DNA of 64,000 bases, taken from positions 11,230 through 75,229 of the forward strand of contig JBFGJG010000018.1 in NCBI GenBank assembly GCA_041577295.1. Direction: 5' to 3'. The position numbers and the translations under genes were made by a program. Shown in pieces: positions 54,551-63,388 of the stretch. Under the pieces are notes generated by a model that did no database searches, had not been told where the DNA came from, and worked only from the letters and a program-made list of their open reading frames with translations. Source of the stretch: Gemmatimonadales bacterium. GTDB taxonomy: Bacteria; Gemmatimonadota; Gemmatimonadetes; Gemmatimonadales; GWC2-71-9. The first letter of the stretch is position 1. Each line of letters begins with the position of its first letter.

Positions 54551-55315
54551 ATGATCGATCTTCACTCTCACATCCTTCCCAACCTCGATGACGGCTCGCG
54601 TTCTGTGGAGCAGTCGATTGAGACGCTGCAGCGATTTCAAGAGGCTGGTGTCACGCACGTGGTGCTCACCCCTCATCTGCGAGCGAGCGAGATCGATCGA
54701 TACGGTGAGGACCAGATTGCCCTCCGAGACGAAACGCTGACGATCTTGCAGCCCAGAGCCCCCAACCCGCCCAAGCTCCATGTCGGGTTCGAGATCATGC
54801 TGGACCAGCCCATGACACCGATGGCCCTTGGCGACCGGCGGTATTCGCTGGCCGGATCGCGCTACATTCTCGTCGAGTTTCCCACCGCGATAGTGCCGGA
54901 CTCTGCTACCCGAGTGCTTGCGCAAATCGCGCAGTCCGGTGTGGTCCCACTCGTAGCCCATCCCGAGCGCTATCGTGCCTGCACCGTCGAGGTGATTGCC
55001 CAGTGGCGCGAGGGTGGATCGCGGATGCAGGTCGACTCCACTACGCTCACCAAGCCGACGGACCGCGGGAAACGCGCCCGCCAGATCCTGGCTGCCGGCT
55101 TCGCCGACGTATTGGCGGCAGACAACCACGGCGACCGACGTACCATGACCACGGGGGTCGAGTATCTCAACCGGTTCGGCGTACCGGATATTGCAAACCG
55201 TCTGACGGTAGAGAATCCTCTAGCGGTCGTCGAGGATCGAGAAATGGCACCAGTTGCACCGGTGACGCTGGAGGAAAGCCTGTTCGATCGTCTGCGCAGG
55301 TTTGTGAAGGGGTAA
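54551..55315 (+). CDS. PHP-family protein-tyrosine phosphatase (CpsB/YwqE-like)
   Basis: IDLHSHILPNLDDG, TPH, YILVEF, AHPERY, ADNHG. Confidence 0.88.
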   Translation: MIDLHSHILPNLDDGSRSVEQSIETLQRFQEAGVTHVVLTPHLRASEIDRYGEDQIALRDETLTILQPRAPNPPKLHVGFEIMLDQPMTPMALGDRRYSLAGSRYILVEFPTAIVPDSATRVLAQIAQSGVVPLVAHPERYRACTVEVIAQWREGGSRMQVDSTTLTKPTDRGKRARQILAAGFADVLAADNHGDRRTMTTGVEYLNRFGVPDIANRLTVENPLAVVEDREMAPVAPVTLEESLFDRLRRFVKG

Positions 55316-55387
55316 TCAGAACGGGGGGTGAACGGGCGGTAAGGAAGGCCAAAAAAAAGAGCATCCGAAGCAAGGGGCAGGTCTGCG

Positions 55388-56149
55388 TTGATTGATTTCA
55401 ATGGTCAGGTGGCGTTGGTAACGGGTGGCTCCCGCGGCATCGGGGCGGCCACCGTCCGACTGCTTGTGCAAGCGGGTGCGAGCGTGGCCTTCACTTACCG
55501 CGTGCGAGAAGCGGACGCCAAGCGCGTAGAAGCCCAATTCAGCGGTGTGAAGGGAAGGGCGAAGAAGCTGCAAGCGGACGTGTCACGACGCGAAGACTGC
55601 GAGCGAGTTGTTCGTGAGACCAAAGATGCCTTTGGACGCCTGGACATGTTTGTCGCGAACGCGGCAATCTGGCCTCCACGAGATGTCGCGGTGAAGGATC
55701 TCACAGACGATCGCTGGCAGGAAACGTTGCGCGTCAATCTCGATTCCGTGTTCTACGGTTGCCGGGCCGCCCTCCGGGTGGTGGAATCGGGGGGCCGGAT
55801 CGTGATTGTCTCGAGCACAGCGGGTCAGCGGGGCGAGGCGTACCACGCCGACTACGCCGCGACGAAGGGTGCCATTATCTCGTTCGTGAAGTCGCTGTGC
55901 GTGGAAGCCGCGCCGGCGGTCACCGTCAACGCGGTGGCACCGGGGTGGGTCGACACGGAAATGTCGAAAGAACCCTATGAACGGGAAACGGGAAAAGGGA
56001 AACGTGACATCGAGAAGGGAATCCCCCTTCAGCGTGTTGCAACTGCGGAAGAGATCGCTGGTCCTATCGTGTTCCTGCTGTCCCCGCTGGCACGGCACGT
56101 GACCGGCGAGGTCCTCAACGTGAATGGTGGAAGTGTGCTGTGTGGGTGA
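55388..56149 (+). CDS. SDR-family oxidoreductase (FabG-like)
   Basis: TGGSRGIG, ANAAI, YAATK, NAVAPGWVDT, TGEVLNVNGG. Confidence 0.9.
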   Translation: MIDFNGQVALVTGGSRGIGAATVRLLVQAGASVAFTYRVREADAKRVEAQFSGVKGRAKKLQADVSRREDCERVVRETKDAFGRLDMFVANAAIWPPRDVAVKDLTDDRWQETLRVNLDSVFYGCRAALRVVESGGRIVIVSSTAGQRGEAYHADYAATKGAIISFVKSLCVEAAPAVTVNAVAPGWVDTEMSKEPYERETGKGKRDIEKGIPLQRVATAEEIAGPIVFLLSPLARHVTGEVLNVNGGSVLCG

Positions 56150-56179
56150 AGACCGTGAGGCGTAAAGGGTATTCGGAGG

Positions 56180-57235
56180 TCACTGCTCATCCCCCAGCGG
56201 CTTAAATGGAAAAGCCTGAGCCTGTGGGTCCCGCAGCTGACCTTCGTCGGCGAATCGCTGCATTTCGTTTGAGTCGATCAAAACGTCCGACCACGTGCGA
56301 AGCACGATACCATCTCGCAGGTTTGCTGGCGGAATGGGTTTCCCATTCACCAGGTGGTCGATGAGTATCTCCACCTCATTGTATCCGAAGATTGCCCTGA
56401 TGGGCGTGGTGCCGCTGAATCGGGCGTTAATCTCGAAGATGACTGGCTCGCCGTCACGGATGCGAAACTGCATGTTGCACGGACCATCCGGTGCGAGCTG
56501 TTCCGCGATGCGCTGGAGGCACGGTTCGAACCCCGTTGCACCTTCCGAGTACGCCCGGTAGGTATTCCCATCGCGCAGGTCGCGTCGCAGCACGGTGACC
56601 GAGTGGCAGCGGCCGTCCGACACGAGACACCCTGCAGTGTATTCGCCATCGTTATCCGATAACAGTTCTTGCACGATGTACTCGCTAGGCGCGCGGCAGA
56701 TCGCCTCAACCTGATCGCGGGTGTGGATCACACAGACTCCCTGGGCACGCGCGCCTCGCCTGAGCTTGGCGAACAGCGGGAATCCCACGTGGCACGCTAG
56801 CTCATGGACTGCATCTGGGTCACGAGAAAGCGCAGACCGCGGATAAGGCAATCCGTGGTCACGAAGGAACTCCATCGTCTTCCACTTGTCATCCGCAATC
56901 TCAATTACCCGAGGTGAGCTGACTACCACGCGGACGGGAAGCCTCTCCTCGAAGGATGCGCGGGCCTCGCTTAGCGCGGAGAGCTCCACATCGGTGCCGA
57001 CGAGGACGATATCGACCCTTTCACGCCTCACCACTTCTTCTACGCGCCCGACGAAATCAGGGTCCTTTGCGAGCGGGATGCGGTACCCCACGTCGCTCAA
57101 CCAATGGCCCGACGCGCGGTGGTCCGGATCGCCGGTGACGATCCGGACGGGGCGCTGGCACATCTTGAGAGCGCGTAACACACCCTGGCCCACGAGCGCA
57201 CCCGCCCCAGTTACGAAAACGGTCAGGCGGGCCAT
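56180..57235 (-). CDS. ATP-grasp ligase (CarB-like family found in polysaccharide loci)
   Basis: VFVTGAGALVGQG, DDKWKT, YIVQE, EYTAG, NMQF, FEINARFSGT. Confidence 0.8.
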   Translation of the reverse strand: MARLTVFVTGAGALVGQGVLRALKMCQRPVRIVTGDPDHRASGHWLSDVGYRIPLAKDPDFVGRVEEVVRRERVDIVLVGTDVELSALSEARASFEERLPVRVVVSSPRVIEIADDKWKTMEFLRDHGLPYPRSALSRDPDAVHELACHVGFPLFAKLRRGARAQGVCVIHTRDQVEAICRAPSEYIVQELLSDNDGEYTAGCLVSDGRCHSVTVLRRDLRDGNTYRAYSEGATGFEPCLQRIAEQLAPDGPCNMQFRIRDGEPVIFEINARFSGTTPIRAIFGYNEVEILIDHLVNGKPIPPANLRDGIVLRTWSDVLIDSNEMQRFADEGQLRDPQAQAFPFKPLGDEQ

Positions 57236-57951
57236 AGGTGCTCCCGGACGATCTGTTGACACCTACCCATTTGGTCCAGCGTGTGTGCATCCGAGCCGAC
57301 GGACACCAGTGGATTCGTCTCCTGAAGAAGATCGAGAAACCCCGCAACGTCGCGCAGATAGGAGGTGTTGATCTCGATGGCCACACCGTTTGCGTGCGAT
57401 TCCTCCATAAGCGCACCAAACCACTCTGACGGAAACGTCTTGAGATGCTTGAGCGACATTCCTCCTGGATGCGCGAGCACGTCTGCTCCGCCGTGCTGGA
57501 GCAGCGCCCGTGCCAAGTCGAACTCGATCTGGGCAAAGCTGTCACGCGGGACCTCACGAAACTCGCGTGGGCTTCCGTTGGATCCCGGAAATCGATGCAC
57601 GCTCGCCAGAACCAGGTCACATTGCTCGCGGATCATCGGAGAGATATCCAGCGAGCCGTCGAAATCCGTGATGCGGACCTCGGCACCCACCAACACCCGC
57701 AGCGATGTGGCTTGTGCGTGGCGCCGTACCTCAGTGGCAAACTCCGGAAACCAGTCGCTGTCGGCGCGGGCGTGCTCGGTGAACGCGATCTCCTCGAGTT
57801 GGAGCGACTCAGCGCAATGAATAACCTGCGCGATGGACGGCGCGCCATCCGTGTAGTCCGTATGCAAGTGCATTTCGCGCCGCAGCCAGGACGGCGTCAA
57901 CTGGCGAAAATGCACAAGCGACGGGACCGAAACGTGGCGCATGCCGGTCAC
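57223..57951 (-). CDS. PHP-domain metal-dependent phosphoesterase
   Basis: HLHTDYTDG, FTEH, ASVH, AHPG, EIN, GSDAH. Start is uncertain. Confidence 0.8.
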   Translation of the reverse strand: MTGMRHVSVPSLVHFRQLTPSWLRREMHLHTDYTDGAPSIAQVIHCAESLQLEEIAFTEHARADSDWFPEFATEVRRHAQATSLRVLVGAEVRITDFDGSLDISPMIREQCDLVLASVHRFPGSNGSPREFREVPRDSFAQIEFDLARALLQHGGADVLAHPGGMSLKHLKTFPSEWFGALMEESHANGVAIEINTSYLRDVAGFLDLLQETNPLVSVGSDAHTLDQMGRCQQIVREHLWPA

Positions 57952-59198
57952 CGCTCCGCCGCTGCCTCGGCGGGGGTTGGTTTGCGCGACTCGGTGGTGG
58001 GTGAGTCATCTCCAAGATGTCTCTTACGCTGGCGCAGTAGTCCGAATCCTTGCGTCACGGCGCTGACAAAGGGCCGGGGATCACGCCAGCGGAACACGGC
58101 ATCGTGCTTTAAGCCCTTCCACGATTTCCACCACCCTCTGATGCTGAGCTTTCCGCGTCGGAAGTTGTAGAACGCAGACGGGATATCCCGTCGAATGTCA
58201 ATCCACTTGGCACCGCGGTACAGTTGCTGCCGCTTTTCGGGGAGTGGCAAGCCGACCGCGTCGGCGTACATCGTGTACAGCAATTCAACGCCGCCATTCT
58301 CCGCTATCGCCGACCGACCAGTGGGCCGCCCAATGTTGGGTTCGACAATGAAATACTGGTTCGACGCTGGATCGAATTTCACCTCCAGATAGCCAAGCCC
58401 CTGAAAGCCAACGCTCTGGAATAGCCGAATGGTGAGGTCATGCACCGTGTCGTTGCGTTCCTCGACCCCGAGCGAGCTTTGCCCCGTGCGCGGGGGCCAC
58501 TGGCGTATCTTGCGAGCGACAAACGAGACGAGAAGCTGGCCGTTACGGTCGAAATAACAGTTGCATGAAAAGAGATCCGCAACGCTGCCACCAATCCACG
58601 ACTGGGCGATGAGAGGAACAGGTAGATCGGCGAGACGTTGGTACACTGCCATCAGTTCGGTCGCAGATCGTACGACAATCCCCTTTCTTCTGGTGCGTTC
58701 CCGCCACTCCTGGATCTTCTTGGGTGGCTTCACGACGCTGGGAAACGAAAGCGTTTCGGCTGCCCGCTCGGCGTCCTCGGGATTGTGGATCACCACGGTA
58801 GGTGGGATGGGGAAGCCGTTTTGCTCTGCGAAAGGATAGAATCGCGCTTTGTCCATGAGCTGCTCGACCGTGTCCGCTGGTGGCAGCACGATGTGGTACC
58901 AGGGTTCGAGGTGCTGCCGGTTGCGGGCGACGAACGCAACCCTTTCATCGGTGCAGGGGTAGAGGACCCCCTTCCGTGGAAGCTCGGAGCCGAGCTGCTT
59001 GAGCGCTTCGAGCGTGGTCGGTTTGGTCGTAACAATGCGCTCGCACATGTTGGTGCGACACGCCCAGTGAGAGCTGTCTCGCGCGACCGCGATCACGGGT
59101 ACACCACGGTCAGCCAGAATCCGCACAGTCTGAAGTCCGATGTAGTTGTGATCCAGATCGAGGACGATCGCATGAGCACGTGCTGGAGGCTTAGCCAT
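57948..59198 (-). CDS. ATP-grasp carboxylate-amine ligase (D-aspartate-ligase-like)
   Basis: LYPCTDE, LMDKARFY, PSVVKP, RKIRQWP, GYLEVKFD, VEPNIGRP, DPRPF. Confidence 0.8.
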   Translation of the reverse strand: MAKPPARAHAIVLDLDHNYIGLQTVRILADRGVPVIAVARDSSHWACRTNMCERIVTTKPTTLEALKQLGSELPRKGVLYPCTDERVAFVARNRQHLEPWYHIVLPPADTVEQLMDKARFYPFAEQNGFPIPPTVVIHNPEDAERAAETLSFPSVVKPPKKIQEWRERTRRKGIVVRSATELMAVYQRLADLPVPLIAQSWIGGSVADLFSCNCYFDRNGQLLVSFVARKIRQWPPRTGQSSLGVEERNDTVHDLTIRLFQSVGFQGLGYLEVKFDPASNQYFIVEPNIGRPTGRSAIAENGGVELLYTMYADAVGLPLPEKRQQLYRGAKWIDIRRDIPSAFYNFRRGKLSIRGWWKSWKGLKHDAVFRWRDPRPFVSAVTQGFGLLRQRKRHLGDDSPTTESRKPTPAEAAAER

Positions 59199-60321
59199 CG
59201 TGCTCGCTCCCCGTTTTTACCGTGGTCTGTGCTGAAGGCTTCTTGCCTCGCCGCAGCACGTGCCGCCGAGCGAATGCTACTAAATGCCGGCCGGCCGGAC
59301 TGCCCTTGAGCATTTTCGTTCCATGGTAGAGGACGGGCCTGCGTTCCCAGACGATCGAGTCCAGCTGACGAGCCAGTTTGGCACCAAAGCTGAGCTTGAA
59401 GCGATCGACACCGTGGTTATGTGCGTCATCTGGCTTCTCTAGATTACCGAAATCATAGGTGTCGATGCCCAACTTGTAGCAGTCTTGGATAGCCTTGTAA
59501 TGCAACACATGGTTGGGACGGAACCGCTTGTACTCGTCGAGGAATCCGCCGTAGAGGTATTCGGCGCACGTCCCGATGTATGTCACGAAAATCGACGCGA
59601 CGAGCCGTGATTCAACGAATGCGGCATAGACGGCGCCGAGGTCCCGTACCAATGCTTGTCGTAAGACCGGTTCGATGGAGGCCCATGGCCGAACGCCGGT
59701 GAACTCCTTCCGACGGGCACTGGCGAGCCACGTCGCGTGCGCCTGACGGAGTTCGCTCTCGTCGGTCACCTTACGGACGGTCACGTTCATTCGTGGCGCG
59801 ATGCGGACGTTGCGCCTCGTCCCATGATCGAATGCTGTGATGATATTGTCGGCCGTGTGATTGCCGAGCGCGACGATGGCGCGGGTCTTCCCCGGGGCGG
59901 ACTTGACACGGAGTCCGCAGCGCCGGAACTCCTCGAGCAGGTCGTGATGGATGTTCTCGTTCGGGCAGGCCCGTAGCATTACAACGCTGCTACGCTGAGC
60001 CTTGGCCAGGCGCCGCACACCCGACACGAAGGGTATGCTCCACGCTGGTAGCCAATCTCGAAAAATCGGCCCGTTGAGGCACTCCGTGACGGTGCTCCGT
60101 GTAAATGGGATGGGAATCGAACGGAGGAGCGCACCGCCCACGACCTCCTTGCCCCGTAAACATCCCAAAACCTGGGTCGTGACCCCGTACTCGGCCAGCG
60201 GTTCTGCCCACCAGAGACACTGATAGAGATGGCCAAGCTCGGATTGTGACGAGAACGCGTCCCAACTGGCCCGTTGATCTGGGGTACTCAGCGGGGCTAC
60301 TTCAATGGCCATGTCGTTCAT
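59191..60321 (-). CDS. FemABX/GNAT-fold acyl- or aminoacyl-transferase
   Basis: WDAF...HLYQ, TRRNVRIA, YLYGG, PNHVLHY, YDFG and GVDRFKLSFGA resemble the FemAB/Acetyltransf_6 family. Confidence 0.75.
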   Translation of the reverse strand: MNDMAIEVAPLSTPDQRASWDAFSSQSELGHLYQCLWWAEPLAEYGVTTQVLGCLRGKEVVGGALLRSIPIPFTRSTVTECLNGPIFRDWLPAWSIPFVSGVRRLAKAQRSSVVMLRACPNENIHHDLLEEFRRCGLRVKSAPGKTRAIVALGNHTADNIITAFDHGTRRNVRIAPRMNVTVRKVTDESELRQAHATWLASARRKEFTGVRPWASIEPVLRQALVRDLGAVYAAFVESRLVASIFVTYIGTCAEYLYGGFLDEYKRFRPNHVLHYKAIQDCYKLGIDTYDFGNLEKPDDAHNHGVDRFKLSFGAKLARQLDSIVWERRPVLYHGTKMLKGSPAGRHLVAFARRHVLRRGKKPSAQTTVKTGSEHDG

Positions 60322-60453
60322 GTCACGCGACCCGTCTCGATGCGTGTGTGGCACGCGCACCACGCCCCTTGCGCTGGCGAGGTTGCCTCTCCAGTGCGGT
60401 CCTCAGACGACACGCCGTTGCCGCAGCGCGACGGCTGAACGTGCCTGGCTTCT

Positions 60454-61416
60454 CTAACGACTTGGTGAATCGGTCCGCTGAATGGGCCTGGCACGCCAGC
60501 CCCTCCGCTTGTCCGCGTCCGGAGTTGGGTACCCAGCCTGACGATCCGGCAGGTACCGTTTTTCAGCGTCCCGGAGCTCATGGTCATCCTGCAGTCGGAG
60601 GATCTCTTTGACCGACACGATCGTCTGTTCCAACGACGCTGGCGACTCCTCGTCGTGGATCCTCGCGGCGCTCTCTTTCATCGCCGTAACGCTTGAGCGG
60701 ATGAGGTGATTGGCCCAGATCACGGCGCTGATACCGGCTTCTCTGAAGGTCGAAATAGGAGTGTCGACGTAGGTCGTCGGCACAACGACGACCGGCCGCG
60801 CGCCGCCCCAAGACTGCATGAACTCGAGGACCTGGTCTGCCGTTGGCGCCTTGCTGTGCATCAGGATTGCGTCTGCACCGGCTTCTGCATAGGCATCGGC
60901 CCGCCGGAGCGCCTCATCGAGCCCCCGCCGAGCGATCAAGGCTTCGACACGCGCCACAACGCAAAAGTCCCCATTCGACTGCGTGTCCTTGGCCGCCCTG
61001 ATCTTGCCGCAGAACTCGTCGATATCGGCAAGCGGTTGCGGTGCGCCATCAATCAGCGAGTTGGTCTTGGGGAAGAGCTTGTCTTCGATGCACATGCCCG
61101 CGACGCCACGTTGCTCGAGCTTCCGAACCAACCGGCGCACGTTGTTGAAGTTGCCATACCCCGTGTCGGCGTCGAGCAGAATCGGAATGGTGGTCGCGTC
61201 ACTCATGAACTCGACCACGTCGAGAACTTGTGTCCAGCTGGCCTCGTTGCAGTCCCGCACACCGAGCGAGGCTGAAATGGCGAGGCCGCTCGCCCAGATG
61301 CCGGCGAAGCCGGCCTCTTCGACGATGCGGGCGCTGAGACCGTCATGCGCTCCGAGCAGGAAGGAAAGCTCTGGAGCACACACGAGGCGTTTGAGCTGCC
61401 GGGCTTTGTCAGCCAT
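60454..61416 (-). CDS. pepM: Phosphoenolpyruvate mutase
   Basis: [25 protein letters not shown] and the diagnostic EDK-X5-NS motif ([11 protein letters not shown]), plus ARVEALI and IWANH. Confidence 0.93.
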   Translation of the reverse strand: MADKARQLKRLVCAPELSFLLGAHDGLSARIVEEAGFAGIWASGLAISASLGVRDCNEASWTQVLDVVEFMSDATTIPILLDADTGYGNFNNVRRLVRKLEQRGVAGMCIEDKLFPKTNSLIDGAPQPLADIDEFCGKIRAAKDTQSNGDFCVVARVEALIARRGLDEALRRADAYAEAGADAILMHSKAPTADQVLEFMQSWGGARPVVVVPTTYVDTPISTFREAGISAVIWANHLIRSSVTAMKESAARIHDEESPASLEQTIVSVKEILRLQDDHELRDAEKRYLPDRQAGYPTPDADKRRGWRARPIQRTDSPSR

Positions 61417-62395
61417 GGGCGCTGCCTCGCTCGCTCGACTGTGCCAGGGCACTGTCGCTCCGTGACGAGCCGTTTTGGCGCGCTGAGGCCTCGACGATTT
61501 CAATGACGCGCTCGCCAATCTGGCGCTGCGCATCGATCGCCATGGCACCGATATGGGGAGTCAGGACGACGTTCGGCAGCGTGGCAAGCGGTGAGATGAC
61601 TCCCTCACCTTCGCATTCGTGAACATCCATTCCCGCGCCTGCAACGCCTCCGTCGGCGCTCAACGCCCGATACAGCGCAGCCTCGTCGACAACGCCGCCG
61701 CGAGCGAGGTTGGTGAGAAAGGCCCCAGGTTTCATTCGAGCGAGCGCCTGAGCATCGATGAGATGGTGGGTCGCGTCCTTGAGCGGCACGTGGACGGTCA
61801 CGAAGTCTGCGGTCCGAAGGACCTCGTCCATATCGGTAAGCCGAATCCCCATTGCCTGGAGCTCGCGGGCCCGGTCGGACGACGGATGCTCGACACACCC
61901 GATCACGTCCATCCCCCAGGATGCTCCAAGCCAGCCCACGCGTGACCCGATGTTTCCCGTCCCGATGATGCCAAGGCGTTTTCCGGTCAGGAGGTATCCT
62001 GTGAGCTCGTGCTTTGCCCAGCGCCCTTGTCGGAGAAGGCGATCAGCGAGGACCACCTGTCGGGCGAGGTTCAGCATGAGTCCAAAGGCCAGCTCCGCTA
62101 CCGACTGGGCTCCTGGCCCGGGTATCCGGATGAGCTCGAGGCCGCGGTTGCGAGCGTATTCGAGATCGATGTTATCCAGCCCGCTACCGGCCCGAATCAA
62201 GAGCTTGAGGGCACGGCCAGCCTCGAGGATGTCCGCCGTGATGCTGACACCAGACCGAAAGATGAGGATCTCCCGGTCACCGATGAGCGACCGTAGCCCG
62301 TCACTGCTGGCGCCGAACGCGGAGACGACGTCATGCTGTGACTCGAGGGTCTCGATCGCTGTGGGATCGATGCGACTCGCTAGTAGGATTCTGAT
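61409..62395 (-). CDS. D-isomer-specific 2-hydroxyacid dehydrogenase (SerA-like, no ACT domain); candidate phosphonopyruvate reductase
   Basis: [41 protein letters not shown]. The frame extends beyond the track start to ATC 62395 behind GGGAGG. Stop overlaps the pepM start. Confidence 0.85.
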   Translation of the reverse strand: MRILLASRIDPTAIETLESQHDVVSAFGASSDGLRSLIGDREILIFRSGVSITADILEAGRALKLLIRAGSGLDNIDLEYARNRGLELIRIPGPGAQSVAELAFGLMLNLARQVVLADRLLRQGRWAKHELTGYLLTGKRLGIIGTGNIGSRVGWLGASWGMDVIGCVEHPSSDRARELQAMGIRLTDMDEVLRTADFVTVHVPLKDATHHLIDAQALARMKPGAFLTNLARGGVVDEAALYRALSADGGVAGAGMDVHECEGEGVISPLATLPNVVLTPHIGAMAIDAQRQIGERVIEIVEASARQNGSSRSDSALAQSSERGSAHG

Positions 62396-62610
62396 AACCG
62401 CCTCCCAGGCGGAGCGTCAGGTGACTTGCGATTTTGTTGGTCTAGAGAAACGGCGTCCGAAGAACTGTGATACGACCGTGACGCAGACGTTGCACGCTCC
62501 GTACCAGTCGGGCGCGTGTGCCTCACGGGCCTCATCCTCCCACCACCCCGTTGCGTCGTGGCAGCACTCACTCCGGGGCGCAGCACCTATGCTGCAACCG
62601 GCTATTGGCC

Positions 62611-63378
62611 TCAACGGGCCCCAAAAAGCTGCTTCACGAGTGGGCGCGGGAGGAGACGCTTCGGCGGCAGGAGGATGGCAGACCTGAGCCGGCGCGGTAC
62701 ATAGAAGCGCATCTGCGCGCGCGCGATGCGAGTGAATGTCTCGAATCCAAAAGCATGCCGCATCCCCACCCGGTTCGCCACGTGCGTCGCGGCGACCCTG
62801 TCTGCCCGGTTCCACCATTCGGTCGAGTTTCCGAGCAAGCGGAAGCCAAGCGCTTGGGCGTGGTGGACGACCCCGGAATTGATGAAGCCCCCGGGTGCGG
62901 TGAGCGTATCGACCTGATCTCCGATAATGTCCTCCAGCCACTGCTTGCTCACGCTTAGCTCTTCGATCAACTGTCCAGTGGAGATACGGGACAACGGAGC
63001 GTGCGTGACACCGTGGCTTCCGACTGAGCAGAGACTGGCGAGCGCGCGAATCTCGTCTCGCTGCAGAAAATCGGAGCGGGATTCGCAGAACTCCTTGGTG
63101 AGAAAGAACGAGGCTTGAGCACCGACTTCTCGGATCCATTCCGCCGCCCTCAGGCAGCTGCGGTGGCCGTCGTCAAACGTGAGAACCACGTACCGGTCAG
63201 GCATCTCGCCCGAGATGAGCCGGCGCTGGAGTCCCGGAAAGCCCTCGATTGTGAATCCTTCAGCGGTGAGCCATGCCAGCTGACGCCGGAACTCTCCGAA
63301 AGAAACCCAATACCGCGAGGCGGGCTCCTCGGCCAAGTAGTGGTACATCAGGCAAGAAAACCGAGGCGGCTCTAGCAC
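62611..63378 (-). CDS. Polysaccharide deacetylase (CE4/NodB family)
   Basis: LMYH, LTFDDG, GSHGVTH, SKQWLED, APGG. GTG 63378 behind GAGGAAAGG. Confidence 0.88.
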   Translation of the reverse strand: MLEPPRFSCLMYHYLAEEPASRYWVSFGEFRRQLAWLTAEGFTIEGFPGLQRRLISGEMPDRYVVLTFDDGHRSCLRAAEWIREVGAQASFFLTKEFCESRSDFLQRDEIRALASLCSVGSHGVTHAPLSRISTGQLIEELSVSKQWLEDIIGDQVDTLTAPGGFINSGVVHHAQALGFRLLGNSTEWWNRADRVAATHVANRVGMRHAFGFETFTRIARAQMRFYVPRRLRSAILLPPKRLLPRPLVKQLFGAR

Positions 63379-63388
63379 GGGCCTTTCC

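Noticed and set aside
55351..55358. A8 homopolymer upstream of the SDR gene as a phase-variation tract
   Set aside because: It is short and intergenic, with no evidence of lying in a promoter spacer.
56150..56180. Genomic-island boundary (att site, tRNA, integrase) at the start of the - strand cluster
   Set aside because: No tRNA, direct repeat or recombinase is visible. Horizontal origin cannot be shown from this window.
60454..61548. ORF-track start for pepM at 61548, and the alternative call of methylisocitrate lyase or phosphonopyruvate hydrolase
   Set aside because: The extension overlaps the dehydrogenase gene, and ATG 61416 fits better. EDK-X5-NS is present while the KKCGH/KRCGH lyase motif is absent.
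62417..63139. 240-aa - strand ORF overlapping the deacetylase, in frame with the dehydrogenase (possible readthrough)
   Set aside because: It is an Arg/Pro-rich alternate-frame sequence without motifs. It ends at TGA 62417, and the dehydrogenase has its own Shine-Dalgarno.
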